A stretch of DNA of 64,000 nt from Candidatus Omnitrophota bacterium (GCA_041661605.1 JBAZUE010000004.1:7217-71216), one strand, 5' to 3'. Counted from the first letter of the stretch, positions 40,831 through 49,392 are shown. Made by a program: numbers and translations. The notes: generated by a model from the sequence alone, not told the origin.

Positions 40831-40845
40831 GTTCAACGCTTGAAC
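40831..40845. promoter_or_regulatory. Palindrome GTTCAA-CGC-TTGAAC, candidate MarR operator
   Basis: Read directly, 20 nt upstream of the MarR-like start, in the divergent region shared with the capD-like gene. Confidence 0.4.
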
Positions 40846-41105
40846 ATTCGATCTGGTCCGTCGTGTGTCAAGTAGGCCGTTTGCATTAACCAACCGGACA
40901 GCTTCAGCCGCCCGCCCCCGCACATTACGATTCCCTTCTTGCTGTCGGAGGCATCTCCGACGAATTTGGCTATCTCGCCGAGAATTAGGCGAGCGCGTCA
41001 ACGGACTGTCAGCGGCCGGCCATGGACGGGCCACGTCGGGTTCTGACACACCTTTGACGGCGGCGGCATAGGTAGTTGGCACCGATCCTGTCTCGAGCTC
41101 CTTTA

Positions 41106-43004
41106 ATGCGCAATCGCCACTTCGTACTCCTCGACATAGCCCTCCTCGCGCCACTCCCGTTCCTGGTGGTAGCGCTGCGCTTCGAGTCGCTCGCCTGGTC
41201 CGCCGAGACTACGCGCGCCGTTCTGGTCTATGCCCTGCTGGCGTTGCCCATCCGCCTGGCCGTCGCCTGGTCCGTCGGCCTCTACCGCGCCCTCTGGAAG
41301 CACGCCTCGCTCGCCGAACTGGAGCGCATCTTCTTCGCCGGCGCTGTCTCCGGCCTGATCACGTTCCTGGTTGGCGCGGTGCTGATTCGGGCCACCGGCC
41401 TCTCCGCCGTGCGCATGCCGTACTCGTCGCTTCTGTGGGACGCCCTGCTCGCCGCGAACCTGATGGCCCTGCCACGCATTGCCGTTCGCGCCCTGAATCG
41501 AACGACACGTCGCACGGGGCGCCCCGCCAAGCGCGCCCTCATCGCCGGCGCCGGCGAGGTGGGCCAGAGCATCCTCCGCGCCCTCCGCACCCATGGCGCG
41601 CACTTCCAGTTCGAGGTCGTCGGCTTCGTGGACGACGACCCCACCAAGAAGGGCATGACCTTGGGTGGCATTTCCGTCCTCGGCTCCCTCGGTGACATTG
41701 CCCGCGTCGTCCGCGAACAGTCGGTGGACGAACTCATCATCGCCATCCCGTCTCCCCGCGGCTCCCTCGTCCGCCGGCTCGTGGCCAGCGCCACCGAGGC
41801 CGGCGCCAAGGTGCAGATCGTCCCGGGCATTCGCGACCTTGTGTCGGGGCGCGTGCGCGTGGAGCAGTTGCGACAGGTACAAATCGAAGATCTCCTGCGC
41901 CGCGACCCCATCGTTACCGACCTCGCCCAGGTGCGCCTGCACGCCGCCAACAAGGTGGTGCTCGTCACCGGCGCGGGCGGCTCGATTGGCTCCGAACTCT
42001 GCCGTCAGATTGCCGCGCTCGACCCGTCGCGACTGGTGCTGCTCGACCATAGCGAGAACCAGGTCTTCGAGATCAGCGGCGAGATGCGCCGTCTGTTCCC
42101 CAAGCTCGCCATGTCGTCGGTCATTGCCGACATCCGAGACGCCCAGCGCATTCACGCCGTCTTCGAGCGCTTCCAGCCGTACGCTGTCTTCCACGCCGCC
42201 GCGCACAAGCACGTGCCGCTCATGGAAGACAACATCGTCGAGGCCGTCACCAACAACATCCTCGGCACGCAGAACGTGGTGGACGCCGCCATTGACGCCG
42301 ACACGCAGCAGCTGGTCTTCATCTCCACCGACAAGGCCGTGCGCCCCACCAGCATCATGGGGGCCACCAAGCGTGTTGCCGAACACATCGTGCAGCAGGC
42401 CGCCAAGGCCGAGCGCCGCAACTTCGTCTCCGTGCGGTTTGGCAACGTGCTGGGCTCGCGTGGCTCGGTCATCCCCACCTTCCTCAATCAGATCAAGAAC
42501 GGCGGCCCCGTTACCGTCACGCACCCCGAGATGCGCCGCTACTTCATGACCATCCCCGAGGCCGTGCAGTTGGTGCTGCAGGCCGGGGCGCTGGGCAAGG
42601 GCGGCGAGCTGTTCGTGCTCGACATGGGCGAGTCGGTCAAGATCGTGGATCTCGCCCGCGACCTCATCCGCCTCTCCGGGCTCGAAGAAGGGGTGGACGT
42701 GGATATCGAGTACACCGGTGTCCGCCCCGGCGAGAAGCTCTACGAGGAAGTCCTGTTCGGCGACGAGGCCATTCGCACCACGTCGCACCCCAAGGTGCTC
42801 TGCACCGACCTCAAGGAGCCCGACGCGGACGTCATGGCGCGGCTGGACCTCTTCGTCAGGACGGCGATGACGGCCGAGGACCAGGAGAACAAGCTGCGCG
42901 AGCTGCTGCACACGCTGGTGCCGGACTTTGCGCACGAGGACGCGAGGACGGATCCGCGGGTGCGCCGCAGTGATCCGGCGGCAGCGTCCGTGCGGGTCGT
43001 CTAG
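41106..43004 (+). CDS. Membrane-bound polysaccharide biosynthesis protein CapD/WbpM/PglF type (UDP-GlcNAc 4,6-dehydratase), copy 1
   Basis: Start taken at MRNRHFVLLD by analogy with copy 2. Four N-terminal TM segments, two Rossmann regions (VTGAGGSIGSEL) and FISTDKAVRPT. Confidence 0.9.
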   Translation: MRNRHFVLLDIALLAPLPFLVVALRFESLAWSAETTRAVLVYALLALPIRLAVAWSVGLYRALWKHASLAELERIFFAGAVSGLITFLVGAVLIRATGLSAVRMPYSSLLWDALLAANLMALPRIAVRALNRTTRRTGRPAKRALIAGAGEVGQSILRALRTHGAHFQFEVVGFVDDDPTKKGMTLGGISVLGSLGDIARVVREQSVDELIIAIPSPRGSLVRRLVASATEAGAKVQIVPGIRDLVSGRVRVEQLRQVQIEDLLRRDPIVTDLAQVRLHAANKVVLVTGAGGSIGSELCRQIAALDPSRLVLLDHSENQVFEISGEMRRLFPKLAMSSVIADIRDAQRIHAVFERFQPYAVFHAAAHKHVPLMEDNIVEAVTNNILGTQNVVDAAIDADTQQLVFISTDKAVRPTSIMGATKRVAEHIVQQAAKAERRNFVSVRFGNVLGSRGSVIPTFLNQIKNGGPVTVTHPEMRRYFMTIPEAVQLVLQAGALGKGGELFVLDMGESVKIVDLARDLIRLSGLEEGVDVDIEYTGVRPGEKLYEEVLFGDEAIRTTSHPKVLCTDLKEPDADVMARLDLFVRTAMTAEDQENKLRELLHTLVPDFAHEDARTDPRVRRSDPAAASVRVV

Positions 43005-43018
43005 GCTTTAGGCCGCCC

Positions 43019-43195
43019 GGCGGGGAAGCGCGCAACTCCGGGGTGTGCTGCTCGCCGCGCGGGGAAGCGCGCAACTCCGGGGGTGTGCTTCGGCGCAATT
43101 CTCGCGACTTCGAGAGCGCGCGCCTAAAGGCGCGCGCTCCGTTTATGTCGCTCCAGTATGCGCCTGTGCACACCCCCGGAGCTGCGCGCTTCGCG
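43019..43195. repeat. Mosaic repeat: 2 tandem a-units plus A-type nested hairpin (copy A1)
   Basis: GCGGGGAAGCGCGCAACTCCGGGGGTGTGC twice (43019, 43057), then core GCGCAATTCTCGCGAC...GTCGCTCCAGTATGCGC, then the exact inverted arm GCACACCCCCGGAGCTGCGCGCTTC. Confidence 0.9.
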
Positions 43196-43273
43196 GGCGC
43201 GAATGCACCGGCGCGCCCGCGCAGTTCGTCCCCTCCCCCACGGCGGCAGGCCCGCGGCGCGTGCTTTCGGGAA

Positions 43274-43296
43274 GCGCCGCAACGGAATGGTGACGC
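43274..43296 (+). repeat. Motif C copy (GCGCCGCAACGGAATGGTGACGC)
   Basis: One of six related copies (43274, 44536, 46899, 48851, 50042, 51257), each lying between a composite repeat and a plus-strand gene. Confidence 0.6.
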
Positions 43297-43528
43297 AGTC
43301 AGGTTGGATCGGCGCTACCGTGTCTTGGCAGTCGCCTCTCCCACGAACCTCGTTCTCCATGCACCCTCGTGTGCCCCACTCGTCATCTTGCCCGGCGGCT
43401 GTTTCTCCCGGCGGTTGCCACGGAGGCAACGCACTGGTATTCTTCACCCACGGTTGGGAGAGCGGTCGTATGACCGTTCGTCGCCTGCAAGGGCGCCCAG
43501 CCGTTTTTCGTTGCCTGGTGCCGACGAA

Positions 43529-44317
43529 GTGAACCTCTTATACGTCGATGAATCGGGCGACACCGGCAAGACCGGAACAGATCACTTGGTTCTCGGGGCG
43601 GCTGCGTTGTTCGAAGGTAAATGGCGCTATCTACGCGTGGCGCTCGCGAAGCTCCTTAAGAAGTATTTTCCTGATGAGGCCAGACGTCCGCCGGAGATTC
43701 ACTGCTCGCACTTGCGGTCCGGAAAGGGACCGTTTGCGGCGCTCTCAATCAGTGAACGCTTTGGATTCTTCGCGGAGCTCTGTGCGCTCCTCAACGACTT
43801 TCGCGACTCGGAAATCACTTTGTTCGCGGTCGTATACCACAAGCAGGCATGGTTCGCGAGAAACCCGGGAGCCACGGGTGACGCCCTGTATTCGGCCGCC
43901 TTCGCTGATCTGGTGTCGCGGTTCGACTTGTTCTTGAAGCGTCGCTATCGCGAAGGATTCCCGTCAAAGGGTCTCATCATCGCCGACCCGCGAAACTCCA
44001 CCCTGAGTCGCGCGCTCCGAAAGTGCGTTCTCCAGTTTCATGACACGGGCACGCCGTGGGCAACGATGGAAAACGTCATAGAGTCGGTGCTGTTTCTCGA
44101 ATCACACGAATCACCAGGGCTTCAACTGGCGGATCTCTGTTCCTACGCCGTGTGGCGGACCATTGCGGCCGGTGACGACGCGCTGGCGCGGAAATTGAAG
44201 TACTGCTTCGACCGCGAACCGATGACGTCGACGGGCGCTGCTGGGAAGTGGCACGGCATGAAATACGTCGGGAGCGACCCCATCGTGCGCGAGCGGGTGA
44301 CGACGGTCTGGACCTGA
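43529..44317 (+). CDS. DUF3800 domain protein
   Basis: GTG start in frame with track ORF 43043..44317. VNLLYVDESGD and LQLADLCSY match the DUF3800 conserved motifs as I recall them. Confidence 0.7.
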   Translation: MNLLYVDESGDTGKTGTDHLVLGAAALFEGKWRYLRVALAKLLKKYFPDEARRPPEIHCSHLRSGKGPFAALSISERFGFFAELCALLNDFRDSEITLFAVVYHKQAWFARNPGATGDALYSAAFADLVSRFDLFLKRRYREGFPSKGLIIADPRNSTLSRALRKCVLQFHDTGTPWATMENVIESVLFLESHESPGLQLADLCSYAVWRTIAAGDDALARKLKYCFDREPMTSTGAAGKWHGMKYVGSDPIVRERVTTVWT

Positions 44318-44359
44318 GGTCCCAGTCTCCGAGCGCCCTCCGTTCTCCTTCCCCCAAGC

Positions 44360-44515
44360 GGCAGGCCCGCATCTCCGTCCGCGCAGGCGGCCGCAGGACC
44401 CATAGACGGCGCGCGCAGCGCGCTCGTAGGGTCCGAGAGCCTGCGCGGTCGGAGATGCGGGCCTGACGCGCCCCCGCCTGCGCGGTCGGAGATGCGGGCC
44501 TGACGCGCCCCCCCG
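44360..44515. repeat. B-type nested hairpin with duplicated right arm (copy B1)
   Basis: GGCAGGCCCGCATCTCCGTCCGCGCAGGC, core GGCCGCAGGACCCATAGACGGCGCGCGCAGCGCGCTCGTAGGGTCCGAGA, then GCCTGCGCGGTCGGAGATGCGGGCCTGAC twice. Confidence 0.9.
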
Positions 44516-44614
44516 TCAGCGGGCTTTCGGTGACAGGCGCAAGCGAATGATGGTCATGCTCCGCCATCGGGGCACCTTGCCCATTCGGTTTCCCCGTGCC
44601 AATGTCGGTATCCC

Positions 44615-46510
44615 ATGCGCAATAGGCACCTGCTCCTCCTCGACCTCGTCCTCCTGGCGCCGCTACCGTTTCTGGTGGTGGCGCTCCGCATGGAGTCGTT
44701 CCAGTGGGGGGCCGACCTCGCCCAGGCAGTTGCCGTCTATGCCGCGCTCGCCCTCCCCATTCGCATCGGCGCGGTGCACCTGAGCGGCATTTACCGCTTC
44801 CTCTGGAAGCACGCGTCGCTGGTTGAGCTGGGGCGCCTCGTCTTCGCCTGCGCCATCGCCGCGGTTCTCACATTCATCACCGGTGCCGTCCTCATCCGCG
44901 GCCTCGGGCTCGCGCCCGTTCGCCTGCCATTCTCGTCGCTGCTCCTCGACGCGCTGTTGGCCTCGGTCGCCCTGGCCGTGCCGCGCATCGCGGTGCGCTT
45001 TGCCGCGCGCAGCCCCGTGGCCAATCGCCGCGGCCAGCACCGCGCGCTCATCGTCGGCGCCGGACACCTGGGCCAGAGCATCCTGCGCGAGCTCGCGCAA
45101 TCGCCGGACACCGCACTGGGCATCCTCCCCGTTGCGTTCGTGGACGATGATTTCCGAAAGCACGGCCAGATGCTCGGCGGCCTTCCCGTGGTCGGCGACT
45201 TGTCCGACCTCGGCCATGCCATTGGCACCTGGCAGGCCACCGAGGTCATCATCGCCGTGCCGGGGGCCAAGGGGGCCTTCATTAGAAAGGTCGTGGACGC
45301 CGCCGCCCCGCATGGCATCACGCCGCGCATCGTCCCCGGTGTGCGCGACATCATTGACGGCCGCATCAACCTGCTCGCCTTGCGCAAGGTGGCCATTGAA
45401 GACCTGTTGCGCCGCGATCCAGTGGTCACCGACCTGGCCGCTGTCGCCGAACTCGTGCGCGGCAAGGTGGTGATGGTCACCGGCGCCGGCGGCTCCATTG
45501 GCAGCGAACTCTGCCGCCAGATCGCCCCGCTCGCGCCAGCCAAGCTGGTGATCCTGGACCACAGCGAGAACCAGGTCTTTGAGATTCACAACGAACTGCT
45601 CAGGCATTTCCCGCAGGTTCGTTATGAGGCGGTCATTGCCGACATCCGGCAGGCGCGTCGCCTGAGCCAGGTGTTCGACCGTCACTGCCCCGACACCATC
45701 TTCCACGCCGCGGCGCACAAGCACGTGCCGCTCATGGAAGAGAACGTCATGGAAGCCATCACCAACAACATCCTCGGCACCGGCAACCTGGTGAATGCGG
45801 CCGCCGCCAGCAGCGTGCAGACATTCGTGTTCATTTCCACCGACAAGGCCGTGCGCCCCACCTCGGTGATGGGATGCACCAAGCGTGTGGCCGAGCAGGT
45901 GGTGCGCGCCGCTGCATACCGCACCGGCCGCAACTTTCTGTCGGTGCGCTTTGGCAACGTGCTCGGGTCGCGCGGCTCGGTGATCCCCACGTTCATCAAG
46001 CAGATCGAGGAGGGCGGCCCTGTGACCGTCACCCACCCCGAGATGAAGCGCTACTTCATGACCATCCCCGAGGCCGTGCAACTGGTGCTGCAGGCCGGGG
46101 CGCTGGGCCGCAGCGGCGAGCTGTTTGCGCTCGACATGGGCGAACCCGTGAAGATCGTGGACCTCGCCCGCGACCTCATTCGCCTGTCGGGGCTGGAAGA
46201 GGGCGTGGACGTGGACATCGCGTTTAGTGGTGTGCGCCCCGGCGAGAAGCTGTACGAAGAGGTCTTCTTCGGGCACGAGGCCGTGGAGCCCACCGCGCAC
46301 CCCAAGGTGTTGCGGTCGCCGGGAGATCCGGTGGACGAGAACACGGCCGAGCTGATTGAGGCGCTCATTCAGGACGCGCTGAGTGACCCGGATAACTGGG
46401 GCGCGTTGCGGCTGCAACTGCGCGCGCTGGTGCCGGACTTTCAGGCGCCGCCGCCGCCGCCGCCGATTGAGCGTGCGTCGGATCCTTCGAGGCGGCTCAA
46501 GCTGGCTTAG
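44615..46510 (+). CDS. CapD/WbpM/PglF-type polysaccharide biosynthesis protein, copy 2 (paralogue)
   Basis: 631 aa, colinear with copy 1 over the whole length (MRNRHLLLLD..., VTGAGGSIGSEL, FISTDKAVRPT). Confidence 0.9.
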   Translation: MRNRHLLLLDLVLLAPLPFLVVALRMESFQWGADLAQAVAVYAALALPIRIGAVHLSGIYRFLWKHASLVELGRLVFACAIAAVLTFITGAVLIRGLGLAPVRLPFSSLLLDALLASVALAVPRIAVRFAARSPVANRRGQHRALIVGAGHLGQSILRELAQSPDTALGILPVAFVDDDFRKHGQMLGGLPVVGDLSDLGHAIGTWQATEVIIAVPGAKGAFIRKVVDAAAPHGITPRIVPGVRDIIDGRINLLALRKVAIEDLLRRDPVVTDLAAVAELVRGKVVMVTGAGGSIGSELCRQIAPLAPAKLVILDHSENQVFEIHNELLRHFPQVRYEAVIADIRQARRLSQVFDRHCPDTIFHAAAHKHVPLMEENVMEAITNNILGTGNLVNAAAASSVQTFVFISTDKAVRPTSVMGCTKRVAEQVVRAAAYRTGRNFLSVRFGNVLGSRGSVIPTFIKQIEEGGPVTVTHPEMKRYFMTIPEAVQLVLQAGALGRSGELFALDMGEPVKIVDLARDLIRLSGLEEGVDVDIAFSGVRPGEKLYEEVFFGHEAVEPTAHPKVLRSPGDPVDENTAELIEALIQDALSDPDNWGALRLQLRALVPDFQAPPPPPPIERASDPSRRLKLA

Positions 46511-46525
46511 TTCGGAGTTCGCCCC

Positions 46526-46660
46526 GCAGGGAAGCGCGCAGCTCCGGGGGTGTGCTTCGGCGCAATTCTCGGGTCTTCGAGAGCGCGCGCCTGACGGCGC
46601 GCGCTCCGTTTGTGACCCTCCAGTATGCGCCTGCGCACACCCCCGGAGCTGCGCGCTTCG
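46526..46660. repeat. a-unit plus A-type nested hairpin (copy A2)
   Basis: Same architecture as A1; the inner helix is changed to GGGTC/GACCC. Confidence 0.9.
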
Positions 46661-46711
46661 TGTGCGTTGGGGCATCGTCGCGCCCGCCGTCGTTGGCCCC
46701 TCCCCTCGAGC

Positions 46712-46863
46712 GGCAGGCCCGTATCTCCGTCCGCGGCAGGCGGCCGCAGGACCCATAGACGGCGCGCGCAGCGCGCTCGTAGGGTCCGAGAGCCTGCGCG
46801 GTCGGAGATGCGGGCCTGCCGCGCCCCCTCCTGCGCGGTCGGAGATGCGGGACTGCCGCGCCT
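46712..46863. repeat. B-type nested hairpin, right arm x2 (copy B2)
   Basis: Read directly; same core as B1. Confidence 0.9.
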
Positions 46864-46974
46864 CGAGCAGAGCTGCGCGCCGGCGATGAACCGGTGTCTG
46901 GCGGGACAATACGGTGACGCACGCGTGGGCTCTCGCGGTCATCATGCGCGATGCACGCAGACTGCCGGTGATCG

Positions 46975-47316
46975 ATGCGCCTTCCAGGTGCGGAGCGCGC
47001 GTATGTGGACCCCGCAAAAGTGCGGGACTACCTCCTGTCGCCGGTCCACCCCCAGGGCCGGTTCAAGGCCGACTTCTTTCGAGGACTCGGCTACACTCGC
47101 GCGAGGTGGCCGCGTCTTCAGCAGGATTTCAAGGATGGGGCGACTTCTGATGGAGCAACCCCAGCCGCGCTGACGGTCTTCGGGCAGTTTTTCGAATTGC
47201 GTGTTATGCTTCGAGGACCGAGTGGTCGCGCGGCGCTCCTCGTAACCATCTGGATCATTCGGAGGGAGGAAGATTTCCCTCGATTCGTCACAGCGTACCC
47301 CGGAGCACCGAGATGA
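46975..47316 (+). CDS. DUF6883 domain protein
   Basis: 113 aa. VDPAKVRDYLLSPVHPQGRFKADFFRGLGY...FPRFVTAYP matches the DUF6883 pattern as I recall it. Confidence 0.6.
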   Translation: MRLPGAERAYVDPAKVRDYLLSPVHPQGRFKADFFRGLGYTRARWPRLQQDFKDGATSDGATPAALTVFGQFFELRVMLRGPSGRAALLVTIWIIRREEDFPRFVTAYPGAPR

Positions 47317-47534
47317 CGTTCCGAGAACTCGATACCGTGGTGCTCATCCGCGATTTGCCGGAGCACGGTCTGCGTCGCGGTGATGTGGGCACGATCGTGC
47401 ATTTGCACGCACACGACGCGTTCGAGGTTGAGTTCATGAGCGCGTCCGGTCGGACACACGCCGTACTAGCGCTTACCGCCGCCGATGTGCGCGCCGCGGA
47501 AGACCGGGACCTCGTGGCGGTGCGGAGCCTGTAG
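47313..47534 (+). CDS. DUF4926 domain protein
   Basis: 73 aa. LDTVVLIRDLPEHGLRRGDVGTIVHLH...FEVEF is typical DUF4926. 4-nt overlap with the DUF6883 gene, a recurrent pair. Confidence 0.7.
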   Translation: MTFRELDTVVLIRDLPEHGLRRGDVGTIVHLHAHDAFEVEFMSASGRTHAVLALTAADVRAAEDRDLVAVRSL

Positions 47535-47536
47535 CG

Positions 47537-47816
47537 CGCGGGGAAGCTCGCAGTTCCGGGGGTGTGCTGCTCGCGCCGCGGGGAAGCACGCAACTCCGGG
47601 GGTGTGCTTCGTGTGCGTTGGGGCATCGTCGCGCCCGCCGTCGTTGGCCCCTCCCCTCAAGCGGCAGGCCCGCATCTCCGTCCGCGCAGGCGGCCGCAGG
47701 ACCCATAGACGGCGCGCGCAGCGCGCTCGTAGGGGTCCGAGAGCCTGCGCGAACGGAGATGCGGGCCTGCCGCGCCCCCTCCTGCGCGGTCGGAGATGCG
47801 GGACTGCCGCGCCCCC
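47537..47816. repeat. Composite repeat: 2 a-units (no A hairpin), linker, B-type hairpin with right arm x2 (copy B3)
   Basis: Read directly. Colinear with 46526-46863 except for the absence of 46560-46660. Confidence 0.9.
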
Positions 47817-47820
47817 GTCG

Positions 47821-48204
47821 TCAGCGGGCCCGGCGCCTCGCGTCGTAGGGCGCCGCCGGCTTCTCCCGGACCATGGACAAAAGGAGCGCCGGGCGCTTCT
47901 CCGTCAACTGGAGCAGGCGCAGCGCCGCGCCGTCGGGCTGCCGCTTCCCCTGCTCCCACGACCGCACCGTCTCGGCGCTCACGTTCAGCGCCTGGGCAAA
48001 CACGGACTGCGACAGCTTGAGGCGTGACCGAAGCTTGCTCACGCGCAGGCACGAATACTCGGGCGCTGCGGCAACCGTGCTGTCGCGTGCCGTGCGCGCG
48101 ACGCGGCGCACGCGCACGCGGCTCCCCGTCCTGCCCTGTTCGAGGTCACGGAGTTGCTCGAACGCCTCCACAACTTCGTCGCCCAGCTTTCTCGGCTTGG
48201 TCAT
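47821..48204 (-). CDS. XRE-family HTH antitoxin (HigA-2-like)
   Basis: 127 aa. RSRLKLSQSVFAQALNVSAETVRSWEQGKRQPDGAALRLLQL HTH; downstream of the toxin gene. Confidence 0.75.
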   Translation of the reverse strand: MTKPRKLGDEVVEAFEQLRDLEQGRTGSRVRVRRVARTARDSTVAAAPEYSCLRVSKLRSRLKLSQSVFAQALNVSAETVRSWEQGKRQPDGAALRLLQLTEKRPALLLSMVREKPAAPYDARRRAR

Positions 48205-48207
48205 TGA

Positions 48208-48513
48208 CTACCTCAGGTCGGAGACGATCTGGCGAATGCGCTTCCGCTGTTCATTCGTGAGATCCGCTTGCACGTTCTTGGTGTACGCGGTCAGTACGTA
48301 CACACGACCGCGTGCGAGTCTCAGGAAGTACAGGAACCGCGCCCCAGCGCGCTTGCCACGCCCCGGTATCGCCACGCGAACCTTGCGTGCGCCACCCAAA
48401 CCAGGAACCACGCTGCCCACGTCCGGCTTGGCGATCACCAGCGCTTCAAATGCCCGCTCGACCTCGGCGGGAATCAGTGAGCGCGCCAGCCGCTCGTACG
48501 GAGCGAGGTACAC
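48208..48513 (-). CDS. RelE/ParE-superfamily toxin (HigB-2-like)
   Basis: 101 aa (GTG start). GLGGARKVRVAIPGRGKRAGARFLYF...VYVLTAYTKNVQADLT pattern. Confidence 0.7.
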   Translation of the reverse strand: MYLAPYERLARSLIPAEVERAFEALVIAKPDVGSVVPGLGGARKVRVAIPGRGKRAGARFLYFLRLARGRVYVLTAYTKNVQADLTNEQRKRIRQIVSDLR

Positions 48514-48589
48514 GAACTCGAGGAACTGGGTGCCGAGGTGACGCGGTATGAGCTAGTATAGTACCTAGTACCAGTGTAAGCAAGCACGA

Positions 48590-48874
48590 CCGGGAAGCGC
48601 GCAGCGCCGTTCGCGCCACGCGGGGAAGCGCGCAGCTCCGGGGGTGTGCTTCGCTCGCCTTCTCCTCCCCCAAGCGGCAGGCCCGCATCTCCGTCCGCGC
48701 AGGCGGCCGCAGGACCCATAGACGGCGCGCGCAGCGCGCTCGTAGGGTCCGAGAGCCTGCGCGGTCGGAGATGCGGGCCTGCCGCGCCCCTCCTAGGCCG
48801 TCGAGCATTCGCGGGAGCGGTTACCCGACGCGGTGTGCGGGCCTTCGAGGGGCGGCGCAATGGAAAGGTGACGC
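48590..48874. repeat. Composite repeat: 2 a-units, B-type hairpin (copy B4), conserved tail ending in motif C
   Basis: Read directly. The tail 48796-48874 is about 75 nt colinear with 49990-50065. Confidence 0.9.
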
Positions 48875-48945
48875 TCGAGGCGCCCTCGCATAGTACGCTG
48901 GGGCGACGAGACCGTCTCTTGCGCCCTCTTCGCAATACTGCTAAG

Positions 48946-49392
48946 ATGCCAGAATCAGCACTCGTTCTCCGTCGGAAACCGCTCGTCTTCGTTGCATCGT
49001 CCCGAAGGGACCTCCAACGGATGCCGGAGGGCGTGCAGGACTCCTTCGGATTCAAGCTCGACCGCGCGCAGATCGGCAGGCATCCGGTGGGGGCGCGCCC
49101 GTTCGGGGAGGGACTGCCTGCGGCCATCCTGAAACTGACCGCTGACGACGGCGGAGAAACCTACCGCGCCGCGTACGTCGTCGAGTTCGCTGGTGTCGTC
49201 TATGTGCTCGACGTTTTTCAGAAGAAGTCGAAGGCTGGTACGAAGACTCCAAAGACCGACAAGGCGCGCGTGAGACAGCGCTACCAGTGGGCCAGACAGC
49301 ATTACGAAACGAATCGGCAGCGTTATCTCGAGGACGCCGAGGCAGCGGCTCTCGTTCCGAGCGCGTCCAAACGCAGGAGAGACGATCAATGA
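48946..49392 (+). CDS. Gp49-like (DUF891) RelE/HigB-type toxin
   Basis: Internal ATG of track ORF 48646..49392. PLVFVASSRRDLQRMPEGVQDSFGFKLDRAQIG...YRAAYVVEFAGVVYVLDVFQKKSK pattern. Confidence 0.75.
   Translation: MPESALVLRRKPLVFVASSRRDLQRMPEGVQDSFGFKLDRAQIGRHPVGARPFGEGLPAAILKLTADDGGETYRAAYVVEFAGVVYVLDVFQKKSKAGTKTPKTDKARVRQRYQWARQHYETNRQRYLEDAEAAALVPSASKRRRDDQ

Noticed and set aside
41103-47017. Very long antisense ORFs (41103..42935 minus, 610 aa; 44663..47017 minus, 784 aa)
   Set aside because: These are shadow ORFs opposite the two CapD-like genes, typical of high-G+C DNA. The translations are low-complexity (Arg/Gly/His/Ala-rich) with no recognisable domains, whereas the plus-strand products are clearly homologous to known enzymes.
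48851-48874. Motif C as a sigma-54 promoter (it contains TGGCGC)
   Set aside because: The expected GG-N10-GC spacing with a TTGCA-like -12 element is not present (TGGCGCAATGGAATGG). I have no basis to assign any sigma factor.
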